DNA of 64,000 bases. Source: Parcubacteria group bacterium. Its GTDB lineage: Bacteria > Patescibacteriota > Minisyncoccia > JACPHC01. The stretch lies in NCBI GenBank assembly GCA_016188775.1, contig JACPHC010000001.1:45519-109518 (forward strand), given 5' to 3'. Shown here piece after piece: positions 35,588 to 46,253 of the stretch. The first letter of the stretch is position 1. Each line of letters begins with the position of its first letter. A model generated the notes under the pieces. That model was given only the letters and a program-made list of their open reading frames with translations. It was not told where the DNA came from and did no database searches. The position numbers were made by a program, and so were the translations under genes.

Positions 35588-37411
35588 ATGTCCTGGATTT
35601 TCGTAGCTTTTATTTCTCATTTTTTATTCGCCGTTGTTTTCGCTATTGATAAAATATTGGTCGGCCGATATATTTCTCCCATTCAATACGCTTTAATTAT
35701 CGGCTTTTTTGAGGGACTGGCCGTTTTGCTCATTCCTTTTGTAAATTTTTTATTTCCAAATTTTTACGTATTCCTCCTTTCTCTTTTGGCCGGCGCCAGT
35801 TTTATTTTCGGCCTTTATTTTTATTTCAAGGCCCTGGAACACCGGGAAGCGACTTGGATAACGCCGATGGTTTTCGGGATTTTTATGCCCATCGCCAGTT
35901 TTGGCCTAAATTATTTCATTCTCGGAGAGCGGCTTTCAGTTTTTCAAATAGCCGCTTTTATTTTTTTAGTTTCGGGCGGAGTTATTCTGTCTTTACCGGG
36001 AAAATCCGATAAATCCGTCCTACAAAAATCAATCTTCCCTATTTTTATTTTTATGATAATAGCCAGTTTATTTTTAAGCTCGGAATTCACTCTGTTAAAA
36101 TTAATATTTCAAAAAACAAATTTTATTTCCGGCTATATTATTTCCCGATTCAGCGGATTTCTATTGGCTCTGGCGGCCTCTTTGTTTATTTTTAACAAAG
36201 AAAAAATTATCGCCTTATTTTTTTCAGATAAAAAACAATTCGGGAAAATTTTGATTTTTAAACAAATTTTATCGGGATTGGGAAACTTTTTGCTTTTTTA
36301 CGCGGTGTGGCTGGCCTCCCCCACCTTAGTTAACGCCACTGGCGGTTTTCGATTTATTTTTTTCTTAATTATAATAATTTTTCTTTCTTATAAATTCCCG
36401 AAAATCTTGGAAGAAAAACTCGGTTTTAAAAATATTTTTAAAAAAATTATCGCCGTTTTGCTTGTTGGGGCGGGATTAATTTTTCTTTTTTTTCAGCCTT
36501 TTATTCCGCCGGGCGCTAAAATTTGGGGCCTGACTTATTCATCGTTTTACGCACGCCAGTTTGGCTTTGATGAAATCAAGCTCTTGAAAAAAATAATTGA
36601 CGATCTGGGAGTCAAAGAATTTCGGCTCATAGCTTATTGGCCGGAAATTGAGCCCAAAAAAGACAGCTATGATTTTTTTCTTTTAGATTCAGAAATTAAA
36701 GAAATCGAAAAAACGGTCGGAAAAATTATTTTGACGCTGGGAATGAGAGTGCCGCGCTGGCCCGAATGCCACATTCCCAAATGGATAGAAAATGAATCTA
36801 AAAATTATAAAGAAGAAAGAATTTTAAGATACATCAGCCAAGTAGTTGCCAGATATAAAAATAACGCGGCCGTCTGGGCTTGGCAAGTTGAAAACGAGCC
36901 GTTTTTAGGTCATTTTGGCGAATGCCCAAAAACCGATCCTCTGTTTTTAGATAAAGAAATCCGGTTAGTCAAATTGATGGATAACACAAGGCCGATTATT
37001 ATTTCCGACAGCGGAGAATTAGGCCGCTGGCATAAAGCTTACCAACGGTCGGATATTTTTGGCACGACAATGTACCGAGTTATCTGGAATAAATACACCG
37101 GTTATTTCACTTATCCCTTAAACCCTTCTTTTTTTCAAAATAAAGCCGGAATTTTGCGATTCTTTTTCGGCCCGAAAGAAATTATTAACGTGGAATTGCA
37201 GGCCGAGCCTTGGCTTCAAAAAAGACCTTGGGAAACGCCCTTAGTTGAACAAATAAAAGCGTTTCCTTTTTCGCAATTTAAGGAAAATATTGAATACGCC
37301 AAAAATGTCGGTTTTGAGAAAAATTATCTTTGGGGCGCGGAATGGTGGTATTGGATGAAAGAAAAAAACAACATTCCCGAATTTTGGGAAGAAGCGAAAA
37401 AACTTTTTTAA
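35588..37411 (+). CDS. fusion of an EamA/DMT-like membrane domain and a clan GH-A-like glycoside hydrolase domain
   Basis: About 10 TMs with ILGERLS; then RLIAYWPEIEP, PRWPECHIP.W, WQVENEP, ELQAEPW, LWGAEWWY. Confidence 0.75.
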   Translation: MSWIFVAFISHFLFAVVFAIDKILVGRYISPIQYALIIGFFEGLAVLLIPFVNFLFPNFYVFLLSLLAGASFIFGLYFYFKALEHREATWITPMVFGIFMPIASFGLNYFILGERLSVFQIAAFIFLVSGGVILSLPGKSDKSVLQKSIFPIFIFMIIASLFLSSEFTLLKLIFQKTNFISGYIISRFSGFLLALAASLFIFNKEKIIALFFSDKKQFGKILIFKQILSGLGNFLLFYAVWLASPTLVNATGGFRFIFFLIIIIFLSYKFPKILEEKLGFKNIFKKIIAVLLVGAGLIFLFFQPFIPPGAKIWGLTYSSFYARQFGFDEIKLLKKIIDDLGVKEFRLIAYWPEIEPKKDSYDFFLLDSEIKEIEKTVGKIILTLGMRVPRWPECHIPKWIENESKNYKEERILRYISQVVARYKNNAAVWAWQVENEPFLGHFGECPKTDPLFLDKEIRLVKLMDNTRPIIISDSGELGRWHKAYQRSDIFGTTMYRVIWNKYTGYFTYPLNPSFFQNKAGILRFFFGPKEIINVELQAEPWLQKRPWETPLVEQIKAFPFSQFKENIEYAKNVGFEKNYLWGAEWWYWMKEKNNIPEFWEEAKKLF

Positions 37412-37470
37412 TTTGCAAAAATATCTAAAAGTTGCTAATATTTACCATTATTAAATAATAAAACCTGTTT

Positions 37471-37779
37471 ATGTTCGCAGTCATTGAAACCGGCGGAAAA
37501 CAATATAAGGTTTCGCCAAAACAAAAAATTAAAATTGAAAAAATCAGCCAAAAAGAAAAGGAAAATTTTATTTTTGATAAAATACTTTTGGTTGAAAACA
37601 AAGAAATTCAAATTGGAACTCCTTATATTAAAGGCGCGACGGTTAGCGGCCGTGTTTTAAAGCAAGGGAAGGATGAAAAAAAGATTATTTTTAAATATCA
37701 TTCCAAAACGCGGTATCGAAAAAAAAAGGGGCATCGTCAGCCTTTTACCGAAGTAGAAATTTTGGATATAAAATCATAA
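37471..37779 (+). CDS. rplU: 50S ribosomal protein L21
   Basis: MFAVIETGGKQYKV, IGTPYI, KKGHRQPFT. Confidence 0.97.
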   Translation: MFAVIETGGKQYKVSPKQKIKIEKISQKEKENFIFDKILLVENKEIQIGTPYIKGATVSGRVLKQGKDEKKIIFKYHSKTRYRKKKGHRQPFTEVEILDIKS

Positions 37780-37813
37780 AAATTAACCCCGCCGTCGGCG
37801 GGGTTAATTTTTA
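37777..37813. terminator. bidirectional intrinsic terminator
   Basis: taaaaattaaccccgccg t cggcggggttaattttta between convergent genes. Confidence 0.8.
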
Positions 37814-37832
37814 ACGCGATAAAAAGAAAAAA

Positions 37833-39566
37833 TTATTTCAATTTTTTTATTTCTTCGGGAATATATTTTTTCATTCTGGCGATAATATTTTTTATTTTTC
37901 CGACCACAAATTCTATTTCCACCCGTCGATCGCTCCGATCTTTAACTCGCGTTTCCAATTCTTTTAATTCGTTTTCAAGAAGTAAAGCGAATTTTTCAAC
38001 GTCTCTAATCGTGATAATCGAATAAGCTCCTTTTTTTTGTTTATTTAAAATATAGAAATAAGCGACGGCTGAAGCGCCGGAAATAAGAGCGAAAATTGAC
38101 AGCAGAATAATTTCAAACCAGCCGAGATTTAAGATGCCGATTGATAAAATAACCGGCGGCCGAATTTGAATCGTTTCCGGATCCGTTTCGTAACTTATGG
38201 CGCCTCGGACATCTTCGGCCTGAAGAGTTAATTTGTATTTTCCCGTTTCCAGCGTTCTGTCAATAACCATTTTCCAATTTCCAAATCCATCGCTCCCCGC
38301 TTTTTCTCTCGCTATTTCTTTTCCATTCAAATTATAAATCCGAATATGAACAAATGATAAAGGAAGAGTTTTGCCGGAAACGAATATCGCGTCCGGACGA
38401 TAAACTCGTCTTGTAATAAAATCAAAAGCAGGTTTTGGAAGCGGCAAAATATTAAATTCCAAATCGTCTTCAATGCTGTTGCCGGCGACATCCACCGCGC
38501 GCGCCAAAACAATGTGATTTCCGGGAGCCTGGACCGGCAATTTTAAAGAAGTGGCTGAAGCATCTGGCTTGGCCGCTTCTTTGTTGTCAACAAAAATTTC
38601 GTAGCGATAAATGCCGGAAAGGCTGTCTTGCGTGCCGTAATTTATTTCCGGCGTCGGATTATCGGAAGCGGTCTGATCAATTTTTATTTCAAAAGGGGCC
38701 GGCGGAGTCGTGTCCAGCGAAATTTTAAAATGAGCCGTTTCTCCCAGTCCGATATTATTTTTAAAGCGAACATGAATCCACCAAATACCTTCTTTAATAA
38801 CGCCGAAGTTTTTACCATTAAATAAATCTTTTTCCGGTTTTGTCGGCGCGGTGTCCTCTTTATTATCCAACAAAGCGGCAAATTGGATTACATCGCTTGG
38901 CACGTCCCAAAGAGCGATTACATCGCTCATAACGTTATACCATTTAGCCGGATCCGGATAGAGAGGGACTTTAAGTTCCGGAGCTTTTGGAAGATTAAAA
39001 GCGGGCACGGGCGCTCTTTCAATCTTTTCAGGCTGCTTGACTGCCGGCAAAATTTCCGGCAAAGCGGCCGGAGGCAAAACCGACGGAGGAGTAATGCCGA
39101 CAAATATCATTGCCGACTCGGATTTTTGAAAAACATTGGTGCCCAAACCGTCAGCGGCCGTAATCGTTATATCGGAGAAATTTATTTCCGCTTCCCCGTT
39201 CTGCTTGGCTTTGAATTTTAATTTAAGAATTTGGATGGAGGAACCGGAAATTCCTTTAGCCGCGCCGCCAATAAATTTAAGAAGGCCGGTTTCATTGGAA
39301 AAAGACGGCTCTTCAAGCCAAAAATTAAACACGGAACCGGTTTTATCGAAATTTAAAAGCTCCAGATTGTCTTTTGAGAAACCAAAAGTGACGCCAGCGG
39401 CGTTAATGGAAACGTTATTTGTGTTGATTTTAATGTCCAACTCAAACTCATCGCCGGCGGAAACATTTTTTGAAACGGGAATAATAGAAATCGTCGCCGC
39501 GTTGGCCGACCAAGCGAAGCTTAATAAAATTAAGACGGCGAGTATGAGCGAGCGTTTAAATTTCAT
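37833..39566 (-). CDS. surface protein with an N-terminal cohesin-like domain, Ig-like domains and a C-terminal TM anchor
   Basis: Signal peptide; VSAGDEFELDIKINT...INAAGVTFGFS...GSVFNFW...ILKLKFKAK..GEAEINF; DTTPP and AVDVAGN Ig-like motifs; C-terminal TM. Confidence 0.75.
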   Translation of the reverse strand: MKFKRSLILAVLILLSFAWSANAATISIIPVSKNVSAGDEFELDIKINTNNVSINAAGVTFGFSKDNLELLNFDKTGSVFNFWLEEPSFSNETGLLKFIGGAAKGISGSSIQILKLKFKAKQNGEAEINFSDITITAADGLGTNVFQKSESAMIFVGITPPSVLPPAALPEILPAVKQPEKIERAPVPAFNLPKAPELKVPLYPDPAKWYNVMSDVIALWDVPSDVIQFAALLDNKEDTAPTKPEKDLFNGKNFGVIKEGIWWIHVRFKNNIGLGETAHFKISLDTTPPAPFEIKIDQTASDNPTPEINYGTQDSLSGIYRYEIFVDNKEAAKPDASATSLKLPVQAPGNHIVLARAVDVAGNSIEDDLEFNILPLPKPAFDFITRRVYRPDAIFVSGKTLPLSFVHIRIYNLNGKEIAREKAGSDGFGNWKMVIDRTLETGKYKLTLQAEDVRGAISYETDPETIQIRPPVILSIGILNLGWFEIILLSIFALISGASAVAYFYILNKQKKGAYSIITIRDVEKFALLLENELKELETRVKDRSDRRVEIEFVVGKIKNIIARMKKYIPEEIKKLK

Positions 39567-39578
39567 AATAATAAAAAT

Positions 39579-41612
39579 TTATATTTTTATAGCTTTAAGA
39601 AAAAGACTGAAATCAATTATGTTAATTTGGCCATCATTATTCAAATCAATAGTTGATTTAATATTTTCTTCGAAAGAACCCCAGCGAAAAAGAAAAATAC
39701 TCCAATCGGTTATATTGACGATATTGTCCTTATTTAAATCAGACTTAACGATTATCAAAGGCGATATTTTAAAGGTTTTCGCGAAAGAAAAATTGCTTTT
39801 CCTGTCGGTCTTGTCAATTTGCCGAACACTGGCGGCATGTGTTCCTATTTTAACATCACTCGCGTTTTTCGTAAAATTATAACGCCCAGTTTCATCGCTT
39901 TGAATTTCTTTTATTTTTACGCCATTAATAATCAACTCAACGATGTTCGATGGGGCCGCGTAGCCGAATATATTTATTTCATCCGTATCGGCCACAATGC
40001 TTTTTTGAAAAGCAATGGTTGGCTGAAAAAAAATATCTCTAATCGTAATTTTATCGGAAGCGATTAAATCAACGGAAAAAGCGATAATGCCGCTTTTTTG
40101 ATTATTTTGATCTTCGGCTTCCAAAGTAAAAAGATAAATATCCCTAATCAACGAAGCGACTTTTATATTAAAAGTCCCATTCGGCAATATATTCAATTCT
40201 TCAATTTTGGCCACATTATGAAATTTTTCATCGGTCGAACCTTTAACTAAAACATTTATTTTGCTTTGCGGATAAGCTTGGCCTTGAAAAATAACATTCG
40301 TGGGTTCAACGTGACTTGCTTCTCCTCCCGCAGAAGGAGGTGGCGGCGGAGGTAAAACCGCCGCCTGAATCGTAGTTGTTCCGCTAATGGCCACGGCTGT
40401 GGCTGGAGTTACTGAACCGGCTGAAGCGATGACTTCCGTGGCAGGATTGGTAATTTCGATTTCAATGGTTTCTCCGGAAGAAGCGCCGGAGCCGACATCC
40501 AGAACAACATAGACGCAAACCGAAGCGGTGGCAACGGTCATTGAGCCGGTAAAAGAGGCTTTAGCCGAGGAGTTGAAAGAAGAAGTGGCGCCGTATTGGG
40601 TTTCCGCGCCGGAGAAAGATTCGGCTGAACAATTAGTAACCGCGGTTTCAAAAAAAAGTTTGACATTAGCCAGATTGGTATTGGCATTGACCGTGCCGGT
40701 TTCGGAAATAGTAATGGAAGTAACGGTAGTGGAACCGATGTTTCTGATTAAAGTAAAAGCTCCGCCAACATAGTTGTTGGTAGCGCCAATAGTCATAGCC
40801 GAGGTTTGGGAACCGATAGCGCCAACGGTAATGACCGGAGCAATTTCCTTAATCGCGACGATTATCGCGGCCCAATCGCGCGCGTTGCCAAGCGTGGGAT
40901 TATAAGTATCTCCTGTTAATGTCGTTATTCTGCTTCCCCATCGGCTGGATATATTCGTTGCCGCGCCTCCCCCGGTCGTTCCAACACTTGTATTATTGGC
41001 GTAATCAGCGTCTTGGGTAAAAGCGTCGCCGTTAGGCCCTTCAACGCCAACCTGACCTAAAAATAAATATTCTTGAGAAACTAAGCCGCTGACTAAAGCC
41101 GAAGGGGAATTAGTGCTGCCCGAACCGGTGCCTGTTCCGGCTATCGAGAAAGTACTGCCCGCGCCAATACTGAATTCTTCCAAAGCCATGACTTTTGAAT
41201 TAACAGCGCCGGAAAAATTAACAGTCACGGAATCGGCAACGCCAAGTCCGACAGTCAAAATAGAACCCCACATTGAAACTGTCACTCCTGAACCGGCCGC
41301 GCCAGAGGCATTGGTAAATTCCACAAATTGAGCGTAGGTATTGCCTTTGCTGTCCGTCACTGACGTGTGTTCGTTATTGTCTCCGTTAACCGCGCTTAAA
41401 TTATCAGAGGCCGCGCGTATCACTAAAAAAGCGCCGGAAGGAATCGAAGCCGTCGGACTAACGCTTATATTGGCACCGCCGGTTTTATTATTAGCGCTGC
41501 CCCTATGCGCGACAAAAGCCCAAGAGGCTTGGGCTTTTTGAACGTTAAATATAAAAACAAAAATTAAAAAAAGAATTAACGAAAAAATAAAACCTTTCAA
41601 AAACCATTTCAT
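39579..41612 (-). CDS. secreted protein with a C-terminal dockerin-like domain
   Basis: Signal peptide; duplicated Ca-binding loops DLNKDNIVNITDWSIF and DLNNDGQINIIDFSLF. Confidence 0.78.
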   Translation of the reverse strand: MKWFLKGFIFSLILFLIFVFIFNVQKAQASWAFVAHRGSANNKTGGANISVSPTASIPSGAFLVIRAASDNLSAVNGDNNEHTSVTDSKGNTYAQFVEFTNASGAAGSGVTVSMWGSILTVGLGVADSVTVNFSGAVNSKVMALEEFSIGAGSTFSIAGTGTGSGSTNSPSALVSGLVSQEYLFLGQVGVEGPNGDAFTQDADYANNTSVGTTGGGAATNISSRWGSRITTLTGDTYNPTLGNARDWAAIIVAIKEIAPVITVGAIGSQTSAMTIGATNNYVGGAFTLIRNIGSTTVTSITISETGTVNANTNLANVKLFFETAVTNCSAESFSGAETQYGATSSFNSSAKASFTGSMTVATASVCVYVVLDVGSGASSGETIEIEITNPATEVIASAGSVTPATAVAISGTTTIQAAVLPPPPPPSAGGEASHVEPTNVIFQGQAYPQSKINVLVKGSTDEKFHNVAKIEELNILPNGTFNIKVASLIRDIYLFTLEAEDQNNQKSGIIAFSVDLIASDKITIRDIFFQPTIAFQKSIVADTDEINIFGYAAPSNIVELIINGVKIKEIQSDETGRYNFTKNASDVKIGTHAASVRQIDKTDRKSNFSFAKTFKISPLIIVKSDLNKDNIVNITDWSIFLFRWGSFEENIKSTIDLNNDGQINIIDFSLFLKAIKI

Positions 41613-41648
41613 CGCCTGATGATTATTATTTAAAGATACGTGGATGAT

Positions 41649-42044
41649 TTATTTTTTGCCTAAAGCCTGTTCGGAACTAAAAAATTCTTTTGCTTTTTCA
41701 ACAATTTCCGTCAAAGCGTGCTGGGATTTGACGATATAATCAATGGCTCCCAATTGCAGTCCTTTTTTAATGTCTTCGTCGGCTCCAAGCATTGAAATAA
41801 TAATAACCGGAATAGCGTTTGTGCCGGGCGCGGATTTTAATTCTTTTAAAACTTCAAAACCGGATTTTTTCGGAAGCAACAAATCTAAAAAAACCGCGTC
41901 CGGCTTTTTAGATCTGGCCATTTCAAGACCCGACTCGCCGTCATAGGCCTTAGACACCTCAAACCCCGCCTCAATTAATTCTTCGGCCATAACGCGGGAT
42001 AAAATTTCATCATCTTCAATCAAAAGTATTTTTTTCGTTGCCAT
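41649..42044 (-). CDS. single-domain response regulator receiver
   Basis: ILLIEDD, FLDLLLPKKSGFEVL, DYIVK. Confidence 0.92.
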   Translation of the reverse strand: MATKKILLIEDDEILSRVMAEELIEAGFEVSKAYDGESGLEMARSKKPDAVFLDLLLPKKSGFEVLKELKSAPGTNAIPVIIISMLGADEDIKKGLQLGAIDYIVKSQHALTEIVEKAKEFFSSEQALGKK

Positions 42045-42049
42045 ATTTG

Positions 42050-44869
42050 TTATTTATTGTCCATTTTACCATTTTTATTTTCAAAACGCAAAGGAAGTTG
42101 AACGAAAAAAGTCGCGCCTTTATTTTCTTCGGATTCAAACCAGATTTTACCGCCTAAAAGTTCAACGGTTTCCTTAACCATAAAAAGACCGAGGCCGGAG
42201 CCGCTGGGCTTGATTAGACGGGCGTTGGGCGCCCGATAAAACCTTTCAAAAATATGACCTTGATCCTCTTTGGCAATGCCAATGCCGGAATCCTTAATCT
42301 GAAAAAGAAAAGTTCCGTTTTGTTTTTTTAAAGAAAGAACAACCTCCCCGCCCGGATAAGCGTAATCTATGGCGTTGGAAATTAAAGAAATTAGTATATT
42401 TCTGGCCATATTTTGATCCAAAATCACATTTAATTTTTCGGGGTAATCTTTAAATATAAAATTAATATTTTTTTGAACATACAAAGGTTCGTATTCTTCC
42501 AAGAAAAATTGAATAATTTTGACTATATCAAAAGTTTCCGGCTGAATCGGCATTTTTCCGGACTCCAATCTGGAAACAGTCAAAAACAAATCAACCAATT
42601 CAGAAAGCCGCCTGATGGAAAGACGGATGTCGTTCAAATAGACTTGCCCTTTGTCGGAAATTTTTTCTTTTTTCAAAAGAACTTCGGCAATCCAGGAAAT
42701 CGCGGTCAGAGGCGTGCGAAGCTGATGAGAAGCGAAAGCGATAAATTCATTTCTAACCCGATTGATTTCGATTTCTTTTGAAACATCGCGAAAAACGGTC
42801 ATCGCGCCGATAATAGCGTTATTTAAAATAAGCGGCGCCACCGTGACGCTAATGGGAAATTTTGTGCCGTCTTTTCGAATAAAATAATAAGAAAGAGACT
42901 CGGTACTGGTGGCAATGGAAATGCCTCGGCGCAAAGCGATAATAATCGGCCGCTGATCGGTCGGAATATCAGCGCCGGAAGAGTCTTGTATCCGAACAAT
43001 GTCAGTGAATTTTTTCCCGAAAAGTTCATTGGTTTTCCAGCCTAAAGCGTTTTCCGCGGCCCTATTTATAAATATCACTTTTTCATCCAATCCTATGGCC
43101 ACAATTCCGTCGCTAATTGAAAAAAGTATCGTTTCGTTTTTTGTTTTAGATTCTAGAAATTCTTGAGTAATTTTTTGTTCAGTGACATCTTGAATTACCC
43201 CGATTAATTTTATTTCCTTTTTTAAATCCTCTACGGCATTAATCCAAAATTGAAGCTGGCGTTTCTGGCCGTTATTTTTTAATATTGAAAAAAAACCCAT
43301 TTGCGAACCTTTCTTTTTGATTAATTTTTTTATACTGGAAACAATCGTTGACCTATCTTCCGGAACGATAAAATTTAAAAATTCTTCAAAGCTTAAATAT
43401 GGCCTTTGAGAAGACAAATCAAGTATTTTATATATTTCCGACGACCATTCGGTTTTATTTTTTTCAATACTCCAGATAAAATGCCCGAAGTGAGCTATTT
43501 CTTCGGCTTTAAACAAATACATTTCACTTTCCCGAATTTTATTATCAAGTTCTTTTTGGCTGATAAAATTGCCTATTTGTTCTCCAATAATTTTAACCGT
43601 ATTAAGCAAATCTTGATCCGGAGAAATAATTCTGGCGCTGAAAACTTCAATAATAGCTGCGACTTTATTATTTTTTATAATCGGAAAGCCGAAAGCGCCG
43701 TGCAAATCCGCTACTTTGGCGTGGCGAAAGCGCGGAAAATTAGGATCGCGGGTTATGTCTGAAATCCAAGACGGTTCTTTAAGCCTTAAAATTCTTCCGG
43801 GAAGACCGATGCCAATCGAAAAAATCGTTTTTTGGCTTATCTTAATAAAATTTTTAGGGTTGAAACTTGGCCTTTTCCAAAAAAGACTCATTTTAAGTTC
43901 GTTTTCCTTCTCATTCACGATCCATAATTGCGCCAATTCGTAATCTAAAATTTCAGTAAAATTTTGAAGAATTTTTTCCTCGGTCTCTTCAATGGATTTA
44001 AATTCAGCCAGTATGCTTGAAATCGAATATTGAAGTTTTCTTCTTAATTCATATTGGCTTTCTTCAAATTGCTTTCTTTCGGTAATATCCTGTATAACGC
44101 CGACTATTTTGATCGCCTCTTTTTGATTGCCATTAACAATGACGGACAAACGCGCGTGCAAAATCAATTCTTCGCCGGTTTGTTTGATTATTCTGAATAC
44201 TATTTCTCGCGATTGAAAATCCTCTTTCAATTCTTCAAAAAATTTCAATAAATATTTTCGATCTTCCGGATAAACAAATTTTAAAAAATTTTCTTGAGTT
44301 GATTTAACTTGTTTGGACGAAATACCCAAAATATCATAAAGTTCGGCCGACCAATACATTTTATTTTTTACCAAATCCCATTCCAAAGAACCGACGCGAC
44401 TAATATACTGAGCTCTGGCCAAATGCTGTTCGCTTTCCTTGATTAAAGATGTTTTGATTCGATCAGGCGCGGTGATTTCCGGTTCAATGCCGATAAAAAA
44501 TTCCGCCTCTCCTTTTTTATTTAAAATGGGCGAAATTCTCAGCTCCTGCCAGTATTCCTGACCGTTTTTTCTGATATTTAAAACGCTGCCGATAAAAGGT
44601 TTTTTATTAAATTTAATAGTCCGCCACATTTTTTCATAAAAACTCTTGGGCATTTTTCCTCCCCAAAGATCGCCGGGATTTTTGCCGATCATTTCTTGTT
44701 TTGAATATCCGGTGCTGAATTCAGCGGCTTTATTGGCGTATAAAATATTGCCGTTTTCATCAGTAATAATAATGTGATCGTTTATTATTTCAAAACTGGC
44801 CGTTAAAGGCTCAATTTTTTTAACGCGCCGTTTTAATTCTTTTGAAGTCAAATAAAATCGTTGAGACAT
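42050..44869 (-). CDS. cytoplasmic multi-PAS/GAF sensor histidine kinase
   Basis: Several PAS/PAC motifs (QDITERK), a GAF region, SHQLRTPL H-box, SNAIDY, DSGIGI, GSGLGL. Confidence 0.93.
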   Translation of the reverse strand: MSQRFYLTSKELKRRVKKIEPLTASFEIINDHIIITDENGNILYANKAAEFSTGYSKQEMIGKNPGDLWGGKMPKSFYEKMWRTIKFNKKPFIGSVLNIRKNGQEYWQELRISPILNKKGEAEFFIGIEPEITAPDRIKTSLIKESEQHLARAQYISRVGSLEWDLVKNKMYWSAELYDILGISSKQVKSTQENFLKFVYPEDRKYLLKFFEELKEDFQSREIVFRIIKQTGEELILHARLSVIVNGNQKEAIKIVGVIQDITERKQFEESQYELRRKLQYSISSILAEFKSIEETEEKILQNFTEILDYELAQLWIVNEKENELKMSLFWKRPSFNPKNFIKISQKTIFSIGIGLPGRILRLKEPSWISDITRDPNFPRFRHAKVADLHGAFGFPIIKNNKVAAIIEVFSARIISPDQDLLNTVKIIGEQIGNFISQKELDNKIRESEMYLFKAEEIAHFGHFIWSIEKNKTEWSSEIYKILDLSSQRPYLSFEEFLNFIVPEDRSTIVSSIKKLIKKKGSQMGFFSILKNNGQKRQLQFWINAVEDLKKEIKLIGVIQDVTEQKITQEFLESKTKNETILFSISDGIVAIGLDEKVIFINRAAENALGWKTNELFGKKFTDIVRIQDSSGADIPTDQRPIIIALRRGISIATSTESLSYYFIRKDGTKFPISVTVAPLILNNAIIGAMTVFRDVSKEIEINRVRNEFIAFASHQLRTPLTAISWIAEVLLKKEKISDKGQVYLNDIRLSIRRLSELVDLFLTVSRLESGKMPIQPETFDIVKIIQFFLEEYEPLYVQKNINFIFKDYPEKLNVILDQNMARNILISLISNAIDYAYPGGEVVLSLKKQNGTFLFQIKDSGIGIAKEDQGHIFERFYRAPNARLIKPSGSGLGLFMVKETVELLGGKIWFESEENKGATFFVQLPLRFENKNGKMDNK

Positions 44870-44880
44870 TTTAATATGAT

Positions 44881-45807
44881 TTAAGTTTGATCAATATATT
44901 GATTCAAGCCTTTGACTTTTTTAATGACGCCAATGGCGGCATTGCAGCCCTCGCCAACGCTTTTAGCTATTTGAGCGTTACCGCCAGTGGCTCCTCCGGC
45001 CGCCCAAACTCCCTCGATATTTGTTTCAGCTTCGCGGCTAGCCGTTATAAAACCGTCCTTTTGTTCCAGTCCCAGTTTATAAGCGAAAGTGATGGAAGAA
45101 GCCGCGCCCAAAGCGATAAAAATTCCGTCCATCAATTCTTCTTGGCCGGAATCTAAAATTATTTTTTTAACGAATTTTTCTCCTTGAACCGCTTTAACGA
45201 TTTCATTTTTAATTTCAATGCCTTTATTTTTTGCTAAAACTTCCAGTTCTTTCGCCCAATTGGGAATTTCGCCTTGAGTAAAAATAGCGATTTTGTCCGT
45301 GTAAGCAGAAAGTTCAAGCGCTTCCTGCAAAGCGTGCGAACCGGCTCCGATAACCGCCACTTTTTTATTTTTATAAAAAATACCGTCGCAGGCGACGCAA
45401 GTATGAACGCCTTTGCCCAAAAATTCATTTTCCCCTTCAAGGCCGGCTTTAATATAAGCTTGGCCCGTGGCAATAATAATATTGTCAGCTAAAAATTCTT
45501 TATTGGTTTCGGTTAAAACTTTAAATTGCGACTTGTTTTCCATTTTTTCAACGCTGACAACCTCCTCTTTTAAGATTTCGACTCCGTATTTTTTTATTTG
45601 CGAGACGCCATTTTTAAGAAGCGTTAAACCCGGCGCTTCGTTGCCGCAGCCGAAATAATTTCCAATAACCCGGCCGTAGGCCAAATCGCTTTTTTCCGGA
45701 ATACCGATCATAAGCGAATTAACCGAAGCTCGGCCGAGAAAAAGTCCCGCCTGCAAAGCGGCCGGACCGCCGCCGATAATTAAGCACTCATAATGATTAG
45801 ATTTCAT
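44881..45807 (-). CDS. trxB: thioredoxin reductase-like FAD/NAD(P) oxidoreductase
   Basis: IIGGGPA, IIATG, GKGVHTCVACDG, VIGAG, GVWAAG. Confidence 0.85.
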   Translation of the reverse strand: MKSNHYECLIIGGGPAALQAGLFLGRASVNSLMIGIPEKSDLAYGRVIGNYFGCGNEAPGLTLLKNGVSQIKKYGVEILKEEVVSVEKMENKSQFKVLTETNKEFLADNIIIATGQAYIKAGLEGENEFLGKGVHTCVACDGIFYKNKKVAVIGAGSHALQEALELSAYTDKIAIFTQGEIPNWAKELEVLAKNKGIEIKNEIVKAVQGEKFVKKIILDSGQEELMDGIFIALGAASSITFAYKLGLEQKDGFITASREAETNIEGVWAAGGATGGNAQIAKSVGEGCNAAIGVIKKVKGLNQYIDQT

Positions 45808-45947
45808 TATTATTTATAATAACATAATAATATGTCAAACCAAACATATCAATTTTCAAAATATTGAACCATAACGAAAAATTTGACTAAAATTATAAAA
45901 TTTGGTATAAATTAAATGGGCCTTTTAAATTTTAAATAGGAGATAGA

Positions 45948-46193
45948 ATGAAAAGATGCCAAGCGTCAAAATTTTCCGCCATTTACGCGGAAAAGAAAAA
46001 ATGCAATAAAAAAGCTTCACTTTGCACGTTTCCGGCAAAAGTGGCTTATTGGTTTATTCACGCCGGATGGAAAACTAAAGGAGTTCTCGGGGCCTATAAA
46101 GAAAAACAAAATGAATTTCAAATCTTGCTCTGCGAGACACACGAAGAAGAAATAAAAAGAACGTTAATGCTTATGCTTAATTTGAAAAACTAA
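45948..46193 (+). CDS. small hypothetical protein
   Basis: SD aggag before the ATG; upstream ttgact/tataaa promoter-like sequence. Confidence 0.5.
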   Translation: MKRCQASKFSAIYAEKKKCNKKASLCTFPAKVAYWFIHAGWKTKGVLGAYKEKQNEFQILLCETHEEEIKRTLMLMLNLKN

Positions 46194-46253
46194 AGCTTGT
46201 TTTAAAGACAGGCTTTTTTGTTTGTTTCAATTTTTTTGTTAAAATTCAAATAT

